Shown here piece by piece: positions 1 to 9,949 of a stretch of 64,000 nt of DNA (the stretch's first letter is position 1; each line of letters begins with the position of its first letter). This DNA comes from Dehalococcoidia bacterium (GTDB lineage: Bacteria; Chloroflexota; Dehalococcoidia; Plut-88900), in assembly GCA_965197645.1 (NCBI GenBank), contig OZ240219.1, positions 480,001 through 544,000 of the forward strand, read 5' to 3'. The notes beneath the pieces were generated by a model. That model had not been told where the DNA came from. It worked only from the letters and a program-made list of their open reading frames with translations, and searched no databases. The translations under genes and the position numbers were made by a program.

Positions 1-49
1 GTCCTGAGAGCCATTTTCATCAATTTCTAAATTAACCATCAATAACCCC

Positions 50-78
50 TTGACAGGTTAGTTTGTCCGTCCTATACT
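50..78 (+). promoter_or_regulatory. sigma70-type promoter
   Basis: TTGACA (50-55), 17-bp spacer, TATACT (73-78), upstream of ORF 125. Confidence 0.75.
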
Positions 79-124
79 ATAACTATCAAAAGCATTATAG
101 CAGGTTAATGAAGGGAGGGTCAAT

Positions 125-385
125 ATGAGTGTACTAGCTGTCGAGAGGGCGCAGGGGGACCTACTCACCCCGCCAGCCGGAGCCAGGGAAGCTAGGACGG
201 CTGGGCAGAACGTTCTTAGAGGCATCCGGCCAGCAGCTTCGATGGCCGGGGGAGCACGTAGGATGCTGGCCCAAGGGTCCCGGATCATAGAACTGGCCGT
301 CTTGGGCCTGGTCTCCAGCATCCCGGGCGGACTGGAAGCGGTGTCCACCACTTCGAGTAGGACCGGAAATAAAGTGATTGGCTAG
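125..385 (+). CDS. small hypothetical protein (86 aa)
   Basis: ATG preceded by GGAGGG and a consensus promoter; no recognisable domain. Confidence 0.55.
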   Translation: MSVLAVERAQGDLLTPPAGAREARTAGQNVLRGIRPAASMAGGARRMLAQGSRIIELAVLGLVSSIPGGLEAVSTTSSRTGNKVIG

Positions 386-476
386 CTAACCATTCACCCG
401 GCGTCCAAAAAAATTTTGGCTCATAGGCTAACCTACAAAGCGTTATTAGAAGGTTAATGAAGTAAGGAGGAATCAG

Positions 477-806
477 ATGAAGGTAACAGCAACACAGCAG
501 GCGCAGACCCAGCAGGCAGAGACCCCTCTGCACATCATGCCGATACTGGAGGCACGTCAGAAGGAGATTGCGCTGGCTGACTCCACCGGCGCCGTCCGGA
601 AGGCCATCGAGACGGGCGTAACGGGACTGAGGATCGCTAGCCGGTTTGCCCTCTCCGTGGCGGGCGCAATTGGCCGGGCCGTCTTCTTCTCGGACGTCAA
701 CTCGCCTGTCCTGGGATACCAGGCCTCCAGCCGCCGGGTCTTCTCGGAAGCTGACGAAAAGCCCTGGCAGTCCGACTGGCAGCTCTACTCCCACGCTAGG
801 AGATAG
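477..806 (+). CDS. small hypothetical protein (109 aa)
   Basis: AAGGAGG SD before ATG; leader resembles that of ORF 125. Confidence 0.65.
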   Translation: MKVTATQQAQTQQAETPLHIMPILEARQKEIALADSTGAVRKAIETGVTGLRIASRFALSVAGAIGRAVFFSDVNSPVLGYQASSRRVFSEADEKPWQSDWQLYSHARR

Positions 807-936
807 TCCGACGAGCTAGGAAACAGCCGGGGACGATAGAGGCCTGCTCCCATCGCTGGCACGGTGGGAGCAGGCCTCGTGATATAATCGCCCACCTAAG
901 AACGTAGCCTTGAAAGGACCGAGAGGTGGACCAGCC

Positions 937-1974
937 ATGACGGAGCCGATTCGAATAGGCATAGTGGGGGCAGGCAAGAACACTCGCGATTTCCACATTC
1001 CCGGCTTCCAAGCCGCCGAGGACGTGGAGGTCGTGAGTGTGTGCAACAGGAGCCGGGAGTCCAGCCAGCGAGTAGCGGACCAGTTCGGCATCCCTCGCAT
1101 ACACGACAGCTGGCTCGACCTGGTTGAAGACCCCGATATCAACGCAGTATGCATCGGGACCTGGCCCTATCTCCACTGCCGAACCACCCTTGCCGCCCTG
1201 CAGGCGAACAAGCACGTGCTCTGCGAGGCCCGCATGGCTATGAATATCGATGAAGCCCGTCTCATGCTGGAGGCCTCTCGAGGGAAACCCCACCTGGTCA
1301 CACAGATCGTACCTTCGCCCTTCACCTTCGGGGTGGACGCCACGATAAAAGACCTGATCAACGAGGGCTTTGTCGGCGACCTCCTCGCCATCGACGTCAC
1401 CTTCAGCCCCCACAATTTCGTGAACAAAGAGGCTCCGCTGACGTGGCGCCAGGACAGGGACCTGAGCGGCAACAACATTCTGTACATGGGCATCTGGTAC
1501 GAGGCCCTCATACGATGGGTGGGTCATGCCACCGACGTGACGGCGATGACTTCGGTCAACGTACCTCTGCGTTCCAACGAAGAGGGAGAGCCCATCGCCG
1601 TAAGCGTGCCCGATCACGTGGACATTCTGTGCCGGATGGCATGCGGCGCCCAGGCCCGGCTCAGATTCAGCGACGTGACCGGCATCGGCCCCAAGGACTC
1701 GGTCTGGATCCACGGATCGGAGGGCACGCTGCATCTGGACCTGGATACATTGAAGCTGTATGGAGGCCGCAGGGGCGAAGACTCGCTCAAAGAGATCACC
1801 GTGCCCCCGGAGAAGCAGGGGTCTTGGAGGGTGGAGGATGAGTTCATCAACGCCATTCGCGGTCTGGAGAAGGTCCGTCTGACCAACTTCGAGGATGGTT
1901 ACAAGTACATGGAGCTCACCGAGGCCGTCGCCCTCAGCGCCTCGACGGGTCGGACCGTACACCTGCCCCTTTGA
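937..1974 (+). CDS. Gfo/Idh/MocA family oxidoreductase
   Basis: RIGIVGAG Rossmann motif, KHVLCEARMA motif; GAGGTGG SD before ATG 937. Confidence 0.9.
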   Translation: MTEPIRIGIVGAGKNTRDFHIPGFQAAEDVEVVSVCNRSRESSQRVADQFGIPRIHDSWLDLVEDPDINAVCIGTWPYLHCRTTLAALQANKHVLCEARMAMNIDEARLMLEASRGKPHLVTQIVPSPFTFGVDATIKDLINEGFVGDLLAIDVTFSPHNFVNKEAPLTWRQDRDLSGNNILYMGIWYEALIRWVGHATDVTAMTSVNVPLRSNEEGEPIAVSVPDHVDILCRMACGAQARLRFSDVTGIGPKDSVWIHGSEGTLHLDLDTLKLYGGRRGEDSLKEITVPPEKQGSWRVEDEFINAIRGLEKVRLTNFEDGYKYMELTEAVALSASTGRTVHLPL

Positions 1975-2182
1975 CGTCAGCCCTCTCAGTCGAGCCCACC
2001 GACAGCTATAGGCGCCGACTGTTCGACACTCAACAGGCTCCGTCGACTTAGCCGGATCATCCCCACACTGGAAGCGATAACATTGGAGTCCAACAAGGCC
2101 GCCGGCTTCGCCTGTAATCACCGTTCACCAGCAGACGGATGGCGGCGGCATCCCCAGACCAACGAACACGGGAGGTAGACCC

Positions 2183-2494
2183 TTGAAGGCACTGATGGTA
2201 ACCATAGACATCAAACCGGAGCACAAAGAGGAGTTCATGAGAGAGATGTTGCTGGACGCCCAGGGCTCCTCTCAGAACGAACCCGGGTGCCTCCGGTTCG
2301 ACATCCTCCAGGACGACGAGCATACGAACAGGATACATCTGTACGAAGTGTACAGGGACCAGTCCGCCATCGATGCGCACCTAGAGGCGCCCCACTTTCA
2401 GCGATGGATAAACGCCGTGGGGGACTGGTTCGACGGCGATAGGTCCCGCCGGGTTTGCACTACGGTCTTCCCCACCGACGACGCCTGGACATAG
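2183..2494 (+). CDS. ABM-domain (LsrG/quinol monooxygenase-like) protein
   Basis: EPGCLRFDI...LYEVY...AHLEAPHF pattern; GGAGG SD, TTG start. Confidence 0.85.
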   Translation: MKALMVTIDIKPEHKEEFMREMLLDAQGSSQNEPGCLRFDILQDDEHTNRIHLYEVYRDQSAIDAHLEAPHFQRWINAVGDWFDGDRSRRVCTTVFPTDDAWT

Positions 2495-2540
2495 CACCCG
2501 TTGAAACTCGCGCCCGGGAGCCGAAATAGACCGTCAGATG

Positions 2541-2709
2541 CTGTCTCAGAACCCCACTTCCAGGGAGTCCAGAGGGTTTTCTTCCCTCAAAGGCCGGTTG
2601 GAGTTCAGTGACACAGTCCACCGAGAACGCTGGAGCGTCCGCTTCCAAATTCCGGGGGGTTGGGGGATGTGCCCCCACTTACAGTACCGTTCCAGGGTGG
2701 GCGGGACAA
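2541..2709 (+). repeat. REP/MITE-like hairpin repeat, family A copy
   Basis: CTGTCTCAGAACCC..GAGTCCAGAGGG..CTTCCCTC..TGGGGGATGTGCCCCCA..AGGGTGGGCGGGAC matches the reverse complement of 10280-10388 and parts of 56750-57030. Confidence 0.75.
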
Positions 2710-2763
2710 AGACATCCAGCCCTTTGTGACACACTCGCTGGAGGAAGCTAGGTGGTCCCGAGC

Positions 2764-3948
2764 CTAATCGGCAGCGGTGAACATGGCAAAGGAGCTTGTG
2801 AACCCGTGGAGAAAGGTGGTGCCGCCCACGGGCCCGATCTCTCCGTTGCAAAAGAAACCGGTCAGCGCCACGTTGGAGACCTTCTCCTGGAACAGGTCTG
2901 AATCGTGGTTGGGCCGGCCGAAGAGGTGCTCGCCCCGGCCGAGGCACTGAAACAGGAGGGCCCCGGCAATCGGACTGGAGCCGTTCTCTGAAACGTACCG
3001 CTCCATCATCGCTTCCAGGTCGTCCGCCGCCGTTCGACCGTCTCGAACGTGAAACTGGACGACCTGACCCTCCCTCAACATCTCACCCACCACCAGCGCC
3101 CCCGTTTCCTGGTGCAGCCCCATCACGTTTCTGATCAGGAAGTCACCTCGCTGGAACTCCTCCTGCAGCGGGTCCATCACCACGCCGACGTGCAGCGCGG
3201 AGTTGATCAGCCGCCGGTCCTCCTCATTGGCTTCGGAAAAGATCGCCTGGAGGGCCTCCAGCGGCTTCTTGCCGTCCAGCTCGAAGAGGACGTTGCTTTC
3301 GCACCGGTCCACGACCATCGGCAGACCTATCGGGCGACATCCCTGGGCCACGATGGTCTCCACCTTGACGTTGCCGTGCAGGGAGATGCCCACCACGCCG
3401 GACCTGAACACCTCCTGCCCCATGAACAGTGCGTTGCCGCCGGGTCGCCGTCCACCACTGGCCAAACCGCCTATCTTGACGCTGCCGCTAAATGCGTAGT
3501 CCAGGCCCAGCAACAGATTGTCAGCGTGGATGGTGAAGGGGTCCGGCAGGATGACGAAGTGGGGTTTGTCGGAGGCGGTGACACCCACCAGGTCCTCCCA
3601 TGAGGCAGGCGGATCGTCCAGGGTCGGTAGGTCTTCGTCGGAGATGTGGAAAGGGGTCAACTGGACGTCGGGCAGAACACCCGCGGTCAGAGCGAAAGCG
3701 GGACTGTTCTCGACCTCTTTGCCGGCCCCTATTACCCCACCTCCCGAGCATCCGACTATTTCCCTCGCCCCGAGGTGCTTGCTGATTAGGCCCGGTACAT
3801 CGTCGTAGGCCTCGAAGTGCTGGTTGGACACAAAGGCCAGAGCCACGTCGACCGATTTCGTTCCCAGCTCGGACCTCACCTGCTTGGCGCACTCTTTGAC
3901 GGCCTTGTCCAACGATGAGCTTTCAGATATGGCTGATGCCCATTTCAT
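2764..3948 (-). CDS. FIST N/C domain protein
   Basis: GCSGGGVIG, GGLASGG, VAQGCRPIG, FLIRNVMG, FQCLGRG, GFFCNGEIGP motifs; start MKWASAIS. Confidence 0.9.
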   Translation of the reverse strand: MKWASAISESSSLDKAVKECAKQVRSELGTKSVDVALAFVSNQHFEAYDDVPGLISKHLGAREIVGCSGGGVIGAGKEVENSPAFALTAGVLPDVQLTPFHISDEDLPTLDDPPASWEDLVGVTASDKPHFVILPDPFTIHADNLLLGLDYAFSGSVKIGGLASGGRRPGGNALFMGQEVFRSGVVGISLHGNVKVETIVAQGCRPIGLPMVVDRCESNVLFELDGKKPLEALQAIFSEANEEDRRLINSALHVGVVMDPLQEEFQRGDFLIRNVMGLHQETGALVVGEMLREGQVVQFHVRDGRTAADDLEAMMERYVSENGSSPIAGALLFQCLGRGEHLFGRPNHDSDLFQEKVSNVALTGFFCNGEIGPVGGTTFLHGFTSSFAMFTAAD

Positions 3949-4039
3949 TTGTCCACCCCTTCCGGAGCCTTTCGGCCCAATAACGGTAGTGCCGGGGATC
4001 CATTTCTCGTCACTATTATACAGCCTGGTTGCCCCGTCT

Positions 4040-5221
4040 CTAACGCTTCTCTCCGACCAAAAGGTGTCCCGGACCGTCACTTCTCACGAGGCTCACCCCA
4101 CTCGAGTGTTTCTTGTGCGCAGTTCTGACCCCGTAGTCACTTTTGCCCTGTACCCACATGTAAGGGAATCGTTTTGAGAGACCGAACAAGGCCTCGTGAA
4201 CGGCACGATACGGAGATTCGAGGAACCGATGCCGTAGCTCGTCAGAGAACTTATCTTCCTTCTCGGCTCCGCGATTCACGTTGTCGCTACGGAGCAGAAT
4301 CTCAAAGGCGCTGGCAAGCGATTCGGCAAAGCGAGGTTCATTCCGGAATTCCGAAAGGTCGATGCTTGGGACGCTAACCCCCAACCGGTCGAGCTCTTCC
4401 AAGAAACTGTCGGCCGCGTCCTTGCCGAAGAAATCGGCGAACTCCCGACTCTTCTCTCGCTTCGCCTTTAGGTCGTTGAGGGAAGATATGCGCCGGCGCA
4501 CGTAGTCCTGATGTTGCTTCCACAGAGGGTTGTCGTCCCAGTCAATTTCGGCTATATCAAGCCAGCTCACGTGATTCGAACGCGGGAAGCTCTTGGCGAA
4601 CTTCTCGAATTCCTTGACTGAGTTTAGCGAGTCCGCCTCCTCACTTGCTCGTTCTCTATTGAATGGAGTGAGAAACGAAATCTCCACGGAGTCGGAGTGT
4701 TTGTCCTTGAGCCCCTTACGATACTTCTCCAGCTGGCCGGGATCGACCGAACCATCGCTGGTCTTGACTTCAATCCCCAGGATCCGGCGAGCCGGATGCT
4801 CTGTTCGTATCAAGATGTCTATCCGGCCAGCAATGGCATCCTCAGCGACTTCGGCCTCAGGAAAGACCGTTGCCTGCTCAGGGGTCTCCCAATCTTGCGG
4901 TGCAGCCAGCTCCCATACGGCATTGAACAACGAGCGGTCTCCCTTCAGGCTGTACTGCAGGGCCTCAGCCAGAAATCGGGAATGGTACGGTTCGATTCTG
5001 CGACTGACTCGTCCTATGGTCTCGAATATGTTCATGGAAGCTCCTCCCCCAGGCTCCGCGGAAGTCGAGACGTTAAGCAGAGCCTGGGTTACCAGCTCCC
5101 GCAGGAACTCGATCTGGGCTGCCGTAAAGGGCAGCAACCTGTTGGACGGGGCCAGGCCCAGAGCCTTGTCCATCGCCTCGTTTACCCCAGCCTCGACATC
5201 TTCGGCCGTGATCTCGTTCAT
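4040..5221 (-). CDS. PD-(D/E)XK nuclease family protein (alternative start at 5035)
   Basis: GRIDILIR...GIEVKT...QLEKY nuclease motif; N-terminal EPYHSRFLA segment typical of PDDEXK_4-like proteins. Confidence 0.75.
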   Translation of the reverse strand: MNEITAEDVEAGVNEAMDKALGLAPSNRLLPFTAAQIEFLRELVTQALLNVSTSAEPGGGASMNIFETIGRVSRRIEPYHSRFLAEALQYSLKGDRSLFNAVWELAAPQDWETPEQATVFPEAEVAEDAIAGRIDILIRTEHPARRILGIEVKTSDGSVDPGQLEKYRKGLKDKHSDSVEISFLTPFNRERASEEADSLNSVKEFEKFAKSFPRSNHVSWLDIAEIDWDDNPLWKQHQDYVRRRISSLNDLKAKREKSREFADFFGKDAADSFLEELDRLGVSVPSIDLSEFRNEPRFAESLASAFEILLRSDNVNRGAEKEDKFSDELRHRFLESPYRAVHEALFGLSKRFPYMWVQGKSDYGVRTAHKKHSSGVSLVRSDGPGHLLVGEKR

Positions 5222-5769
5222 ATGGCCTCACCTCCTGGCTGGGGTGACGTCGTCGCATCCTCCAGCGATATCTCTCGCAGACCTTCCAGGTAGGCGGGAA
5301 TCGCACCGACGTATCCCTCCTCGTCCGATTCCACGTACTTCCCCGGCGGAACGTCTCCCACAATGGCACCCGGCACTCCCATGACCATCTTTCCAGCCGG
5401 CACCCGGGCGCCGGGAGAGACCACTGCTCCGGCGGCCACGATGACCCGGTCCCCCAGCTCGGCCCGATCCAACACCACGGCGTTCATGGCCACCAACACG
5501 TCCTCTCCAAGAGTCGCTCCGTGCACTATCGCGCCGTGCCCCATATGGGTCCTGGCGCCCAGCACCGTTTCACCGTGTACCACGCAGTTGTCCTGGACGT
5601 CCGACCGAGGCCCGATTCTGATCTTGTGAAAGTCGGAGCGGATGGTAGTGTTGGGACCGATCCAGCATTTCCCGCCGATGACCACGTCTCCGATGATCAC
5701 CGCTGTGGGATGTATGTAGCAGTCCGGGCCTATTTCGGGCCTTTTCCCATCGAGTTCGTAGATGGGCAT
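5218..5769 (-). CDS. gamma carbonic anhydrase family (YrdA/CaiE-like) hexapeptide-repeat protein
   Basis: YIHPTAVIIGDV, QDNCVVH, GHGAIVHG with three His; AGGAGG SD before MPIYELDG. Confidence 0.9.
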   Translation of the reverse strand: MPIYELDGKRPEIGPDCYIHPTAVIIGDVVIGGKCWIGPNTTIRSDFHKIRIGPRSDVQDNCVVHGETVLGARTHMGHGAIVHGATLGEDVLVAMNAVVLDRAELGDRVIVAAGAVVSPGARVPAGKMVMGVPGAIVGDVPPGKYVESDEEGYVGAIPAYLEGLREISLEDATTSPQPGGEAI

Positions 5770-5783
5770 AAACTCCTCCTGAT

Positions 5784-6056
5784 TTACGTATTGCCGACTC
5801 GTAATCTCACGGACAGCACCTTGATAAGACCGATGATCGCCACCACGGTCCACGTCCCTTCCAGGATCACGAAGGGAAAGAACTCTATCAGCAGCGAGGC
5901 GGAGCAGGCCATGGCCGCTCCCACCAGGTTGAGAAGCAGGTATTTGTACGTCTGCCGAGCGATGAGGCCAAAGAGGTTCAGGAAGAAGGCGATGAGCAGC
6001 AGGGATACTCCCACCGTTCCTATCAGTTCCGATACGGATATGAAGCCCAAGTCCAT
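5784..6056 (-). CDS. small 3-TM membrane protein (CBU_0592-like)
   Basis: three hydrophobic helices; YLLLNLVGA and PFVILEGTW motifs. Confidence 0.75.
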   Translation of the reverse strand: MDLGFISVSELIGTVGVSLLLIAFFLNLFGLIARQTYKYLLLNLVGAAMACSASLLIEFFPFVILEGTWTVVAIIGLIKVLSVRLRVGNT

Positions 6057-6236
6057 GAGTTTCTACTTTCTTCTTTTCGGGATGGCGCCGCCGGCTGTAG
6101 GGGTCGCCGGTCGGTTTGGGCAATTATGAGACAACCCCATACCGTCTCGCAAACGCCGCCCCGGATGCTACAATGTCGCCGATTTTCCCGGGAGAGATGG
6201 CCTCGACCGGACACACGTTAAAGGAGACAACGCGAT

Positions 6237-7142
6237 ATGGAAATGAGGACTCTAGGCAGGACCGGACTGGAGGTCAGCCGCCTTGGCGCCGGCTGCTCGT
6301 GGATAGGCACCAAGCTCTCCCCGGAGGAGGTGAAGCAGGCAGGCGATGTTCTGAACGCGGCATTGGATGCGGGTGTCAACTTCTTCGACACTGCTGCCTG
6401 CTATGGGATCAGCGAAGAGATGATCGGCAGGACGGTTCCCCACAGGCGAGCCGAATTCTTTCTGGCCACCAAGTGCGGCCACGCTGGTCGAGGGTACACC
6501 GACGCCGATTGGACGGCTGACCTGGTCACCTACAGCATCGATCGGAGCCTCAGGGATATGAAGACCGACTACCTGGATATCGTCCAGCTCCACTCCTGTG
6601 AAGTGGACGTGCTGGAAAGAGGAGAGGTCACCCGGGCTCTGCTGGACGCGCAGAAGGCGGGCAAGACCCGGTTCGTCGGCTACAGCGGCGACAACGAGTC
6701 GGCCGCGTGGGCTATAAACAGCGGCATCTTCGATACCCTACAGACCAGCTACAGCATCTCCGACCAAGGGGCTCGCACCCGGCTGTTCCGGGCGGCCAAG
6801 GAGCAGAAGATGGGAATCATCGCCAAGCGACCCATCGCCAACGGGGCCTGGGGAGCAGCTTCCAGCCCCTCGGCATACGCCGACGAATACTTTAGACGTT
6901 ACCGGCTTATGGCCGAGGCAGGCCCCATACCCGGAGCTCCCGAAGACCGCTTTCTGCTGGCCCTGGGGTTCGTGTTCGAGCAGCCGGAGGTGGACACCAT
7001 CATAGTAGGCACCCAGAACCCGTCCCACATGCAGTCCAACATCGAGAAAGTGGCGAACGAACTCCCTATATCGCCCGAGGCTGTAAAGGAGCTGCAACGA
7101 AGATTCGATCAGCTGGACGACGGCTGGACTCAAGAGGTGTAA
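6237..7142 (+). CDS. aldo/keto reductase
   Basis: LGRTGLEVSRLG, FFDTAACYG, ATKCG, DYLDIVQLH motifs. Confidence 0.92.
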   Translation: MEMRTLGRTGLEVSRLGAGCSWIGTKLSPEEVKQAGDVLNAALDAGVNFFDTAACYGISEEMIGRTVPHRRAEFFLATKCGHAGRGYTDADWTADLVTYSIDRSLRDMKTDYLDIVQLHSCEVDVLERGEVTRALLDAQKAGKTRFVGYSGDNESAAWAINSGIFDTLQTSYSISDQGARTRLFRAAKEQKMGIIAKRPIANGAWGAASSPSAYADEYFRRYRLMAEAGPIPGAPEDRFLLALGFVFEQPEVDTIIVGTQNPSHMQSNIEKVANELPISPEAVKELQRRFDQLDDGWTQEV

Positions 7143-7166
7143 TGGGGTTCTGAAAACCCTTCCGAG

Positions 7167-7295
7167 ACCATCCCCCTGGCCCCCTTCCCGGCCAGGAAGG
7201 GGGGATAGAAACAGTATATGAGGGACACCCCTTCGGCGGGCTCAGGGCAGGCTCTCAGACTCCGGGCAAAGGGGCTTCGCCCCTCTGCACACCCC
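7167..7295 (-). repeat. REP/MITE-like hairpin repeat, family B copy
   Basis: reverse complement matches 32467-32575 (GGGGTGTGCAGAGGGGCGAAGCCCCTTTGCC..GGGTGTCCCTCA); carries an extra nested segment near 7228-7252. Confidence 0.75.
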
Positions 7296-7350
7296 TTGGT
7301 CTATCGACACGCTAATGGCGGTTAGGGAGGGGCACTCGATTCAAATCAGA

Positions 7351-8127
7351 CTAGGTTTCCAGCGGCAGGCCGCGGTCGGTCCAATCCTTGAAGGATCCGT
7401 CGTACAGGCTGACTTCGTAACCCAGCTCCTTCAGCACCATGTATCCGACGGCCGCCCGAGGACCAGTACGGCAGTAGGCGATGACCTGAGCGCCCGATGA
7501 CAGCCCGGCCCCGACGGCGACCCGGACCAATTCGGATTTGTCAGCATGGAAGCTGTTGTCCTTCCCCACCAGGTTGGACCACACCAAGTTGACGGCCCCC
7601 GGTATGTGCCCCCCCACTTCCTCGGGGCTCCGCGTCTCGCCTGCGTATTCTTCGGGGGTGCGGAAGTCCACCACTACCTTCGCCCCCGAGTCCTTCGCAG
7701 CTTGCCAGTCCGACCTCACCGCCTCGTTGGCTGACGGAGTGAAATTGGCTGACGTAGCGGAGACCGGTTTGTAGTACACGCCCCGGTCCTCCTTGACCCA
7801 CTGATCGTAGAAGACCTCCATGAGGTGAACGTCGGTCCGGCCGAGGTACTCCAGAATCCACGTGAGCATAGAGCTGTACTGGCCATCCAAGGAATCGTAC
7901 AGAACGGGAGTTACGTCATCTCCCAGGCCCGTAGCTCCTATCCAACCGGCCAGGTCGTCCACAGACCTGAGCCTCGTCTGAGCGTCGAAGGCTTTGTACA
8001 TTGGCAGATTTACAGCGCCCTTCAGGTGGCCCATCATGTATCTCATCGGCCGCCGAGGATCCAACAGCTTCACCCCCGGATCATCCAGATGCCGTTGCAC
8101 CCAGTCGGTGCTTACCCATGTAACCAA
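7351..8127 (-). CDS. tandem-domain rhodanese / sulfurtransferase
   Basis: GHLKGAV, GHIPGAV, active-site YCRTGPRA, LYDGSFKDW. Confidence 0.9.
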   Translation of the reverse strand: MVTWVSTDWVQRHLDDPGVKLLDPRRPMRYMMGHLKGAVNLPMYKAFDAQTRLRSVDDLAGWIGATGLGDDVTPVLYDSLDGQYSSMLTWILEYLGRTDVHLMEVFYDQWVKEDRGVYYKPVSATSANFTPSANEAVRSDWQAAKDSGAKVVVDFRTPEEYAGETRSPEEVGGHIPGAVNLVWSNLVGKDNSFHADKSELVRVAVGAGLSSGAQVIAYCRTGPRAAVGYMVLKELGYEVSLYDGSFKDWTDRGLPLET

Positions 8128-8173
8128 TTTCTCACTCCATGCTAGATTAGGTCTGACGATGCACCAGACGCCA

Positions 8174-8207
8174 AAGAATCCAGGGCTTACTGCAGCCCCG
8201 GATTCTT
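8174..8207 (-). terminator. intergenic hairpin (weak terminator or stability element) between OsmC and rhodanese genes
   Basis: AAGAATCCGGGGCT-loop-AGCCCTGGATTCTT on the minus strand with only a short T run. Confidence 0.4.
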
Positions 8208-8237
8208 AAGTGTTGCCGAGTAAAGAGGTTTGACCCG

Positions 8238-8762
8238 TTAGACCATCTCGAACTCGGGGATGATCGCCGTTTGACGGGAAACGGTCTGCGCTACGGGAGA
8301 GCCGTCCACCGCCGCCTGCCATATCTCCTTCAAGGTCTTCTCATCGGCGTCGGCGCTGACGTACACCTTGGCGTTTATCGAGCCGTAGCCCGGGTTGCCG
8401 TCGTCGCTCAGCCCCGCCCACTTCCAGATGTTGTCGAAGTGACCTTCCAGGGCTATCTCGAGATCGTTGATCTTGACGCCTCGCCTGGTGGCGTTGAGGA
8501 CGAAACCGACGGTCATGCAGCCGCCGACCGCCGACAGGACGTGCTCGTGAGCGCTGGCAGCGCTATCGTCGGCGTCCAAGCCCTCGGGCTCGTCCAGGTC
8601 GATGGTGTGGGTCCTGGTGTAGGCCTTGGCCTTGAACCCGGACTGCCATCTCACGCGGGAGCGCCAGGGCCCGCTGATCGCTTTCTTGTTATCCGGGTCC
8701 TCCAGCGAGGCGAGTATCTCCTCGATTTTATCTCGATTCAGGCCGTTCAACTCTTCAGCCAT
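8238..8762 (-). CDS. OsmC/Ohr family protein, single-Cys type
   Basis: DEPEGL...HEHVLSAVGGCMT; second Cys position reads DGSPV. Confidence 0.85.
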   Translation of the reverse strand: MAEELNGLNRDKIEEILASLEDPDNKKAISGPWRSRVRWQSGFKAKAYTRTHTIDLDEPEGLDADDSAASAHEHVLSAVGGCMTVGFVLNATRRGVKINDLEIALEGHFDNIWKWAGLSDDGNPGYGSINAKVYVSADADEKTLKEIWQAAVDGSPVAQTVSRQTAIIPEFEMV

Positions 8763-8785
8763 TACAACCTCCCTTAAGTGGAAAC

Positions 8786-9949
8786 TTAAGCGTATTCCTT
8801 CCTGAGGATTTCCGCTGCCTCCGACATTGATTTCAGCTTCTTGTAAGCGATGACCGGTGTGTTCACGGACCTTTCGGCAAAGGTCCCAAACCCGCAGTCC
8901 GGGTTGAGATATACCTGTTCGGGGTCGAAGTACTGGAGGGCTTCTTTGACACGCCCCACTATCGTCTCGGGCTCCTCTATCTCATCGGTCCTGGGATTGA
9001 CCACGCCGAGTCCGATCTCCTTCTCCCGTTGGTACTCCTTGAACACCTCCATCTCGCCGGCCCTGGGTGTGGCGTACTCCAGCACCAACTGGTCTATGTT
9101 CATCTCCATCAAGTAGGGAAGCATTGGCCCGTAGTTGCCCTGCAACAACACGTCTTCCTTCCGGCTCCAGTTGCCCCTGCACACGTGCACGCCGAACTTC
9201 ACGTCTTCAAACCCTTCGACGGTCCGGTTCATCAGCGACACGGCCTGCTCCAGCTCCTGGGTCGGGTCTCGCTGGGTGGCAAGGGCGGCGCACATGAAGG
9301 TCTCGGCGCTCTCATCTCCGTACACCACCTGGGAAAGAGTCGGCTCGTCCAGCTGGATGAAGTTGACCCCCTTGTCCTTGAGGGCGCTAATCTCGTCCCG
9401 CAGGATGTTGACGATGTCGTCGGCCAGGACGTTCTGGTCGGGATAGGCGGCATCGGAAAGGCCCTCGAAATAGCTTGATTTGGTGAGCAGGTACGGGCCG
9501 GGAAGGGGCACCTTGATCTGTCTATCGGTGTGCTCCGCCAGGTAGTCCACCTCGTCCAGCGAGAGGCCGTCCTTGGCCCCCAGCCTCTCGACGGCAATGG
9601 GGCTCTTGATAGCGAAGGCGGGCACGTCCAGCGCCCTCAACACCTCTTCGAAGCTGGCCCGGTCTTTCATGTAGTCCAGCAGTTCCGAGACTTTCTTCAA
9701 TGTCATGCCCGATAGCTTGTCCACGACGAAGGAGTAGAAGTTGTCTCTTCTCTGCTCCCCGTCGGTGATGATGTCAACCCCGGCGTCTTCCTGGTACTTG
9801 ATGGTAGCCAGCACCGCCTCGTCGGCGATCTCCCGGAACTCCTCATCGGAGATTTCACCCGCCTGCTTCTTTCGAAGGGCCTGGATAAGCCAGGGCGTCC
9901 TGGACCAGCTACCGACAACGGTGACGGGAAACAGCTTTGTCTCGGTCAT
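8786..9949 (-). CDS. cobalamin-independent methionine synthase II family (MetE C-terminal-only) protein
   Basis: VVGSW, TDGEQRR, IQLDEP, Zn ligands HVCRGN / LEY / PDCGF; single barrel of 387 aa. Confidence 0.9.
   Translation of the reverse strand: MTETKLFPVTVVGSWSRTPWLIQALRKKQAGEISDEEFREIADEAVLATIKYQEDAGVDIITDGEQRRDNFYSFVVDKLSGMTLKKVSELLDYMKDRASFEEVLRALDVPAFAIKSPIAVERLGAKDGLSLDEVDYLAEHTDRQIKVPLPGPYLLTKSSYFEGLSDAAYPDQNVLADDIVNILRDEISALKDKGVNFIQLDEPTLSQVVYGDESAETFMCAALATQRDPTQELEQAVSLMNRTVEGFEDVKFGVHVCRGNWSRKEDVLLQGNYGPMLPYLMEMNIDQLVLEYATPRAGEMEVFKEYQREKEIGLGVVNPRTDEIEEPETIVGRVKEALQYFDPEQVYLNPDCGFGTFAERSVNTPVIAYKKLKSMSEAAEILRKEYA

Noticed and set aside
5770-6123. N-terminal extension of the gamma-CA ORF
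   Set aside because: Overlaps the small membrane protein gene; SD and homology begin at 5769
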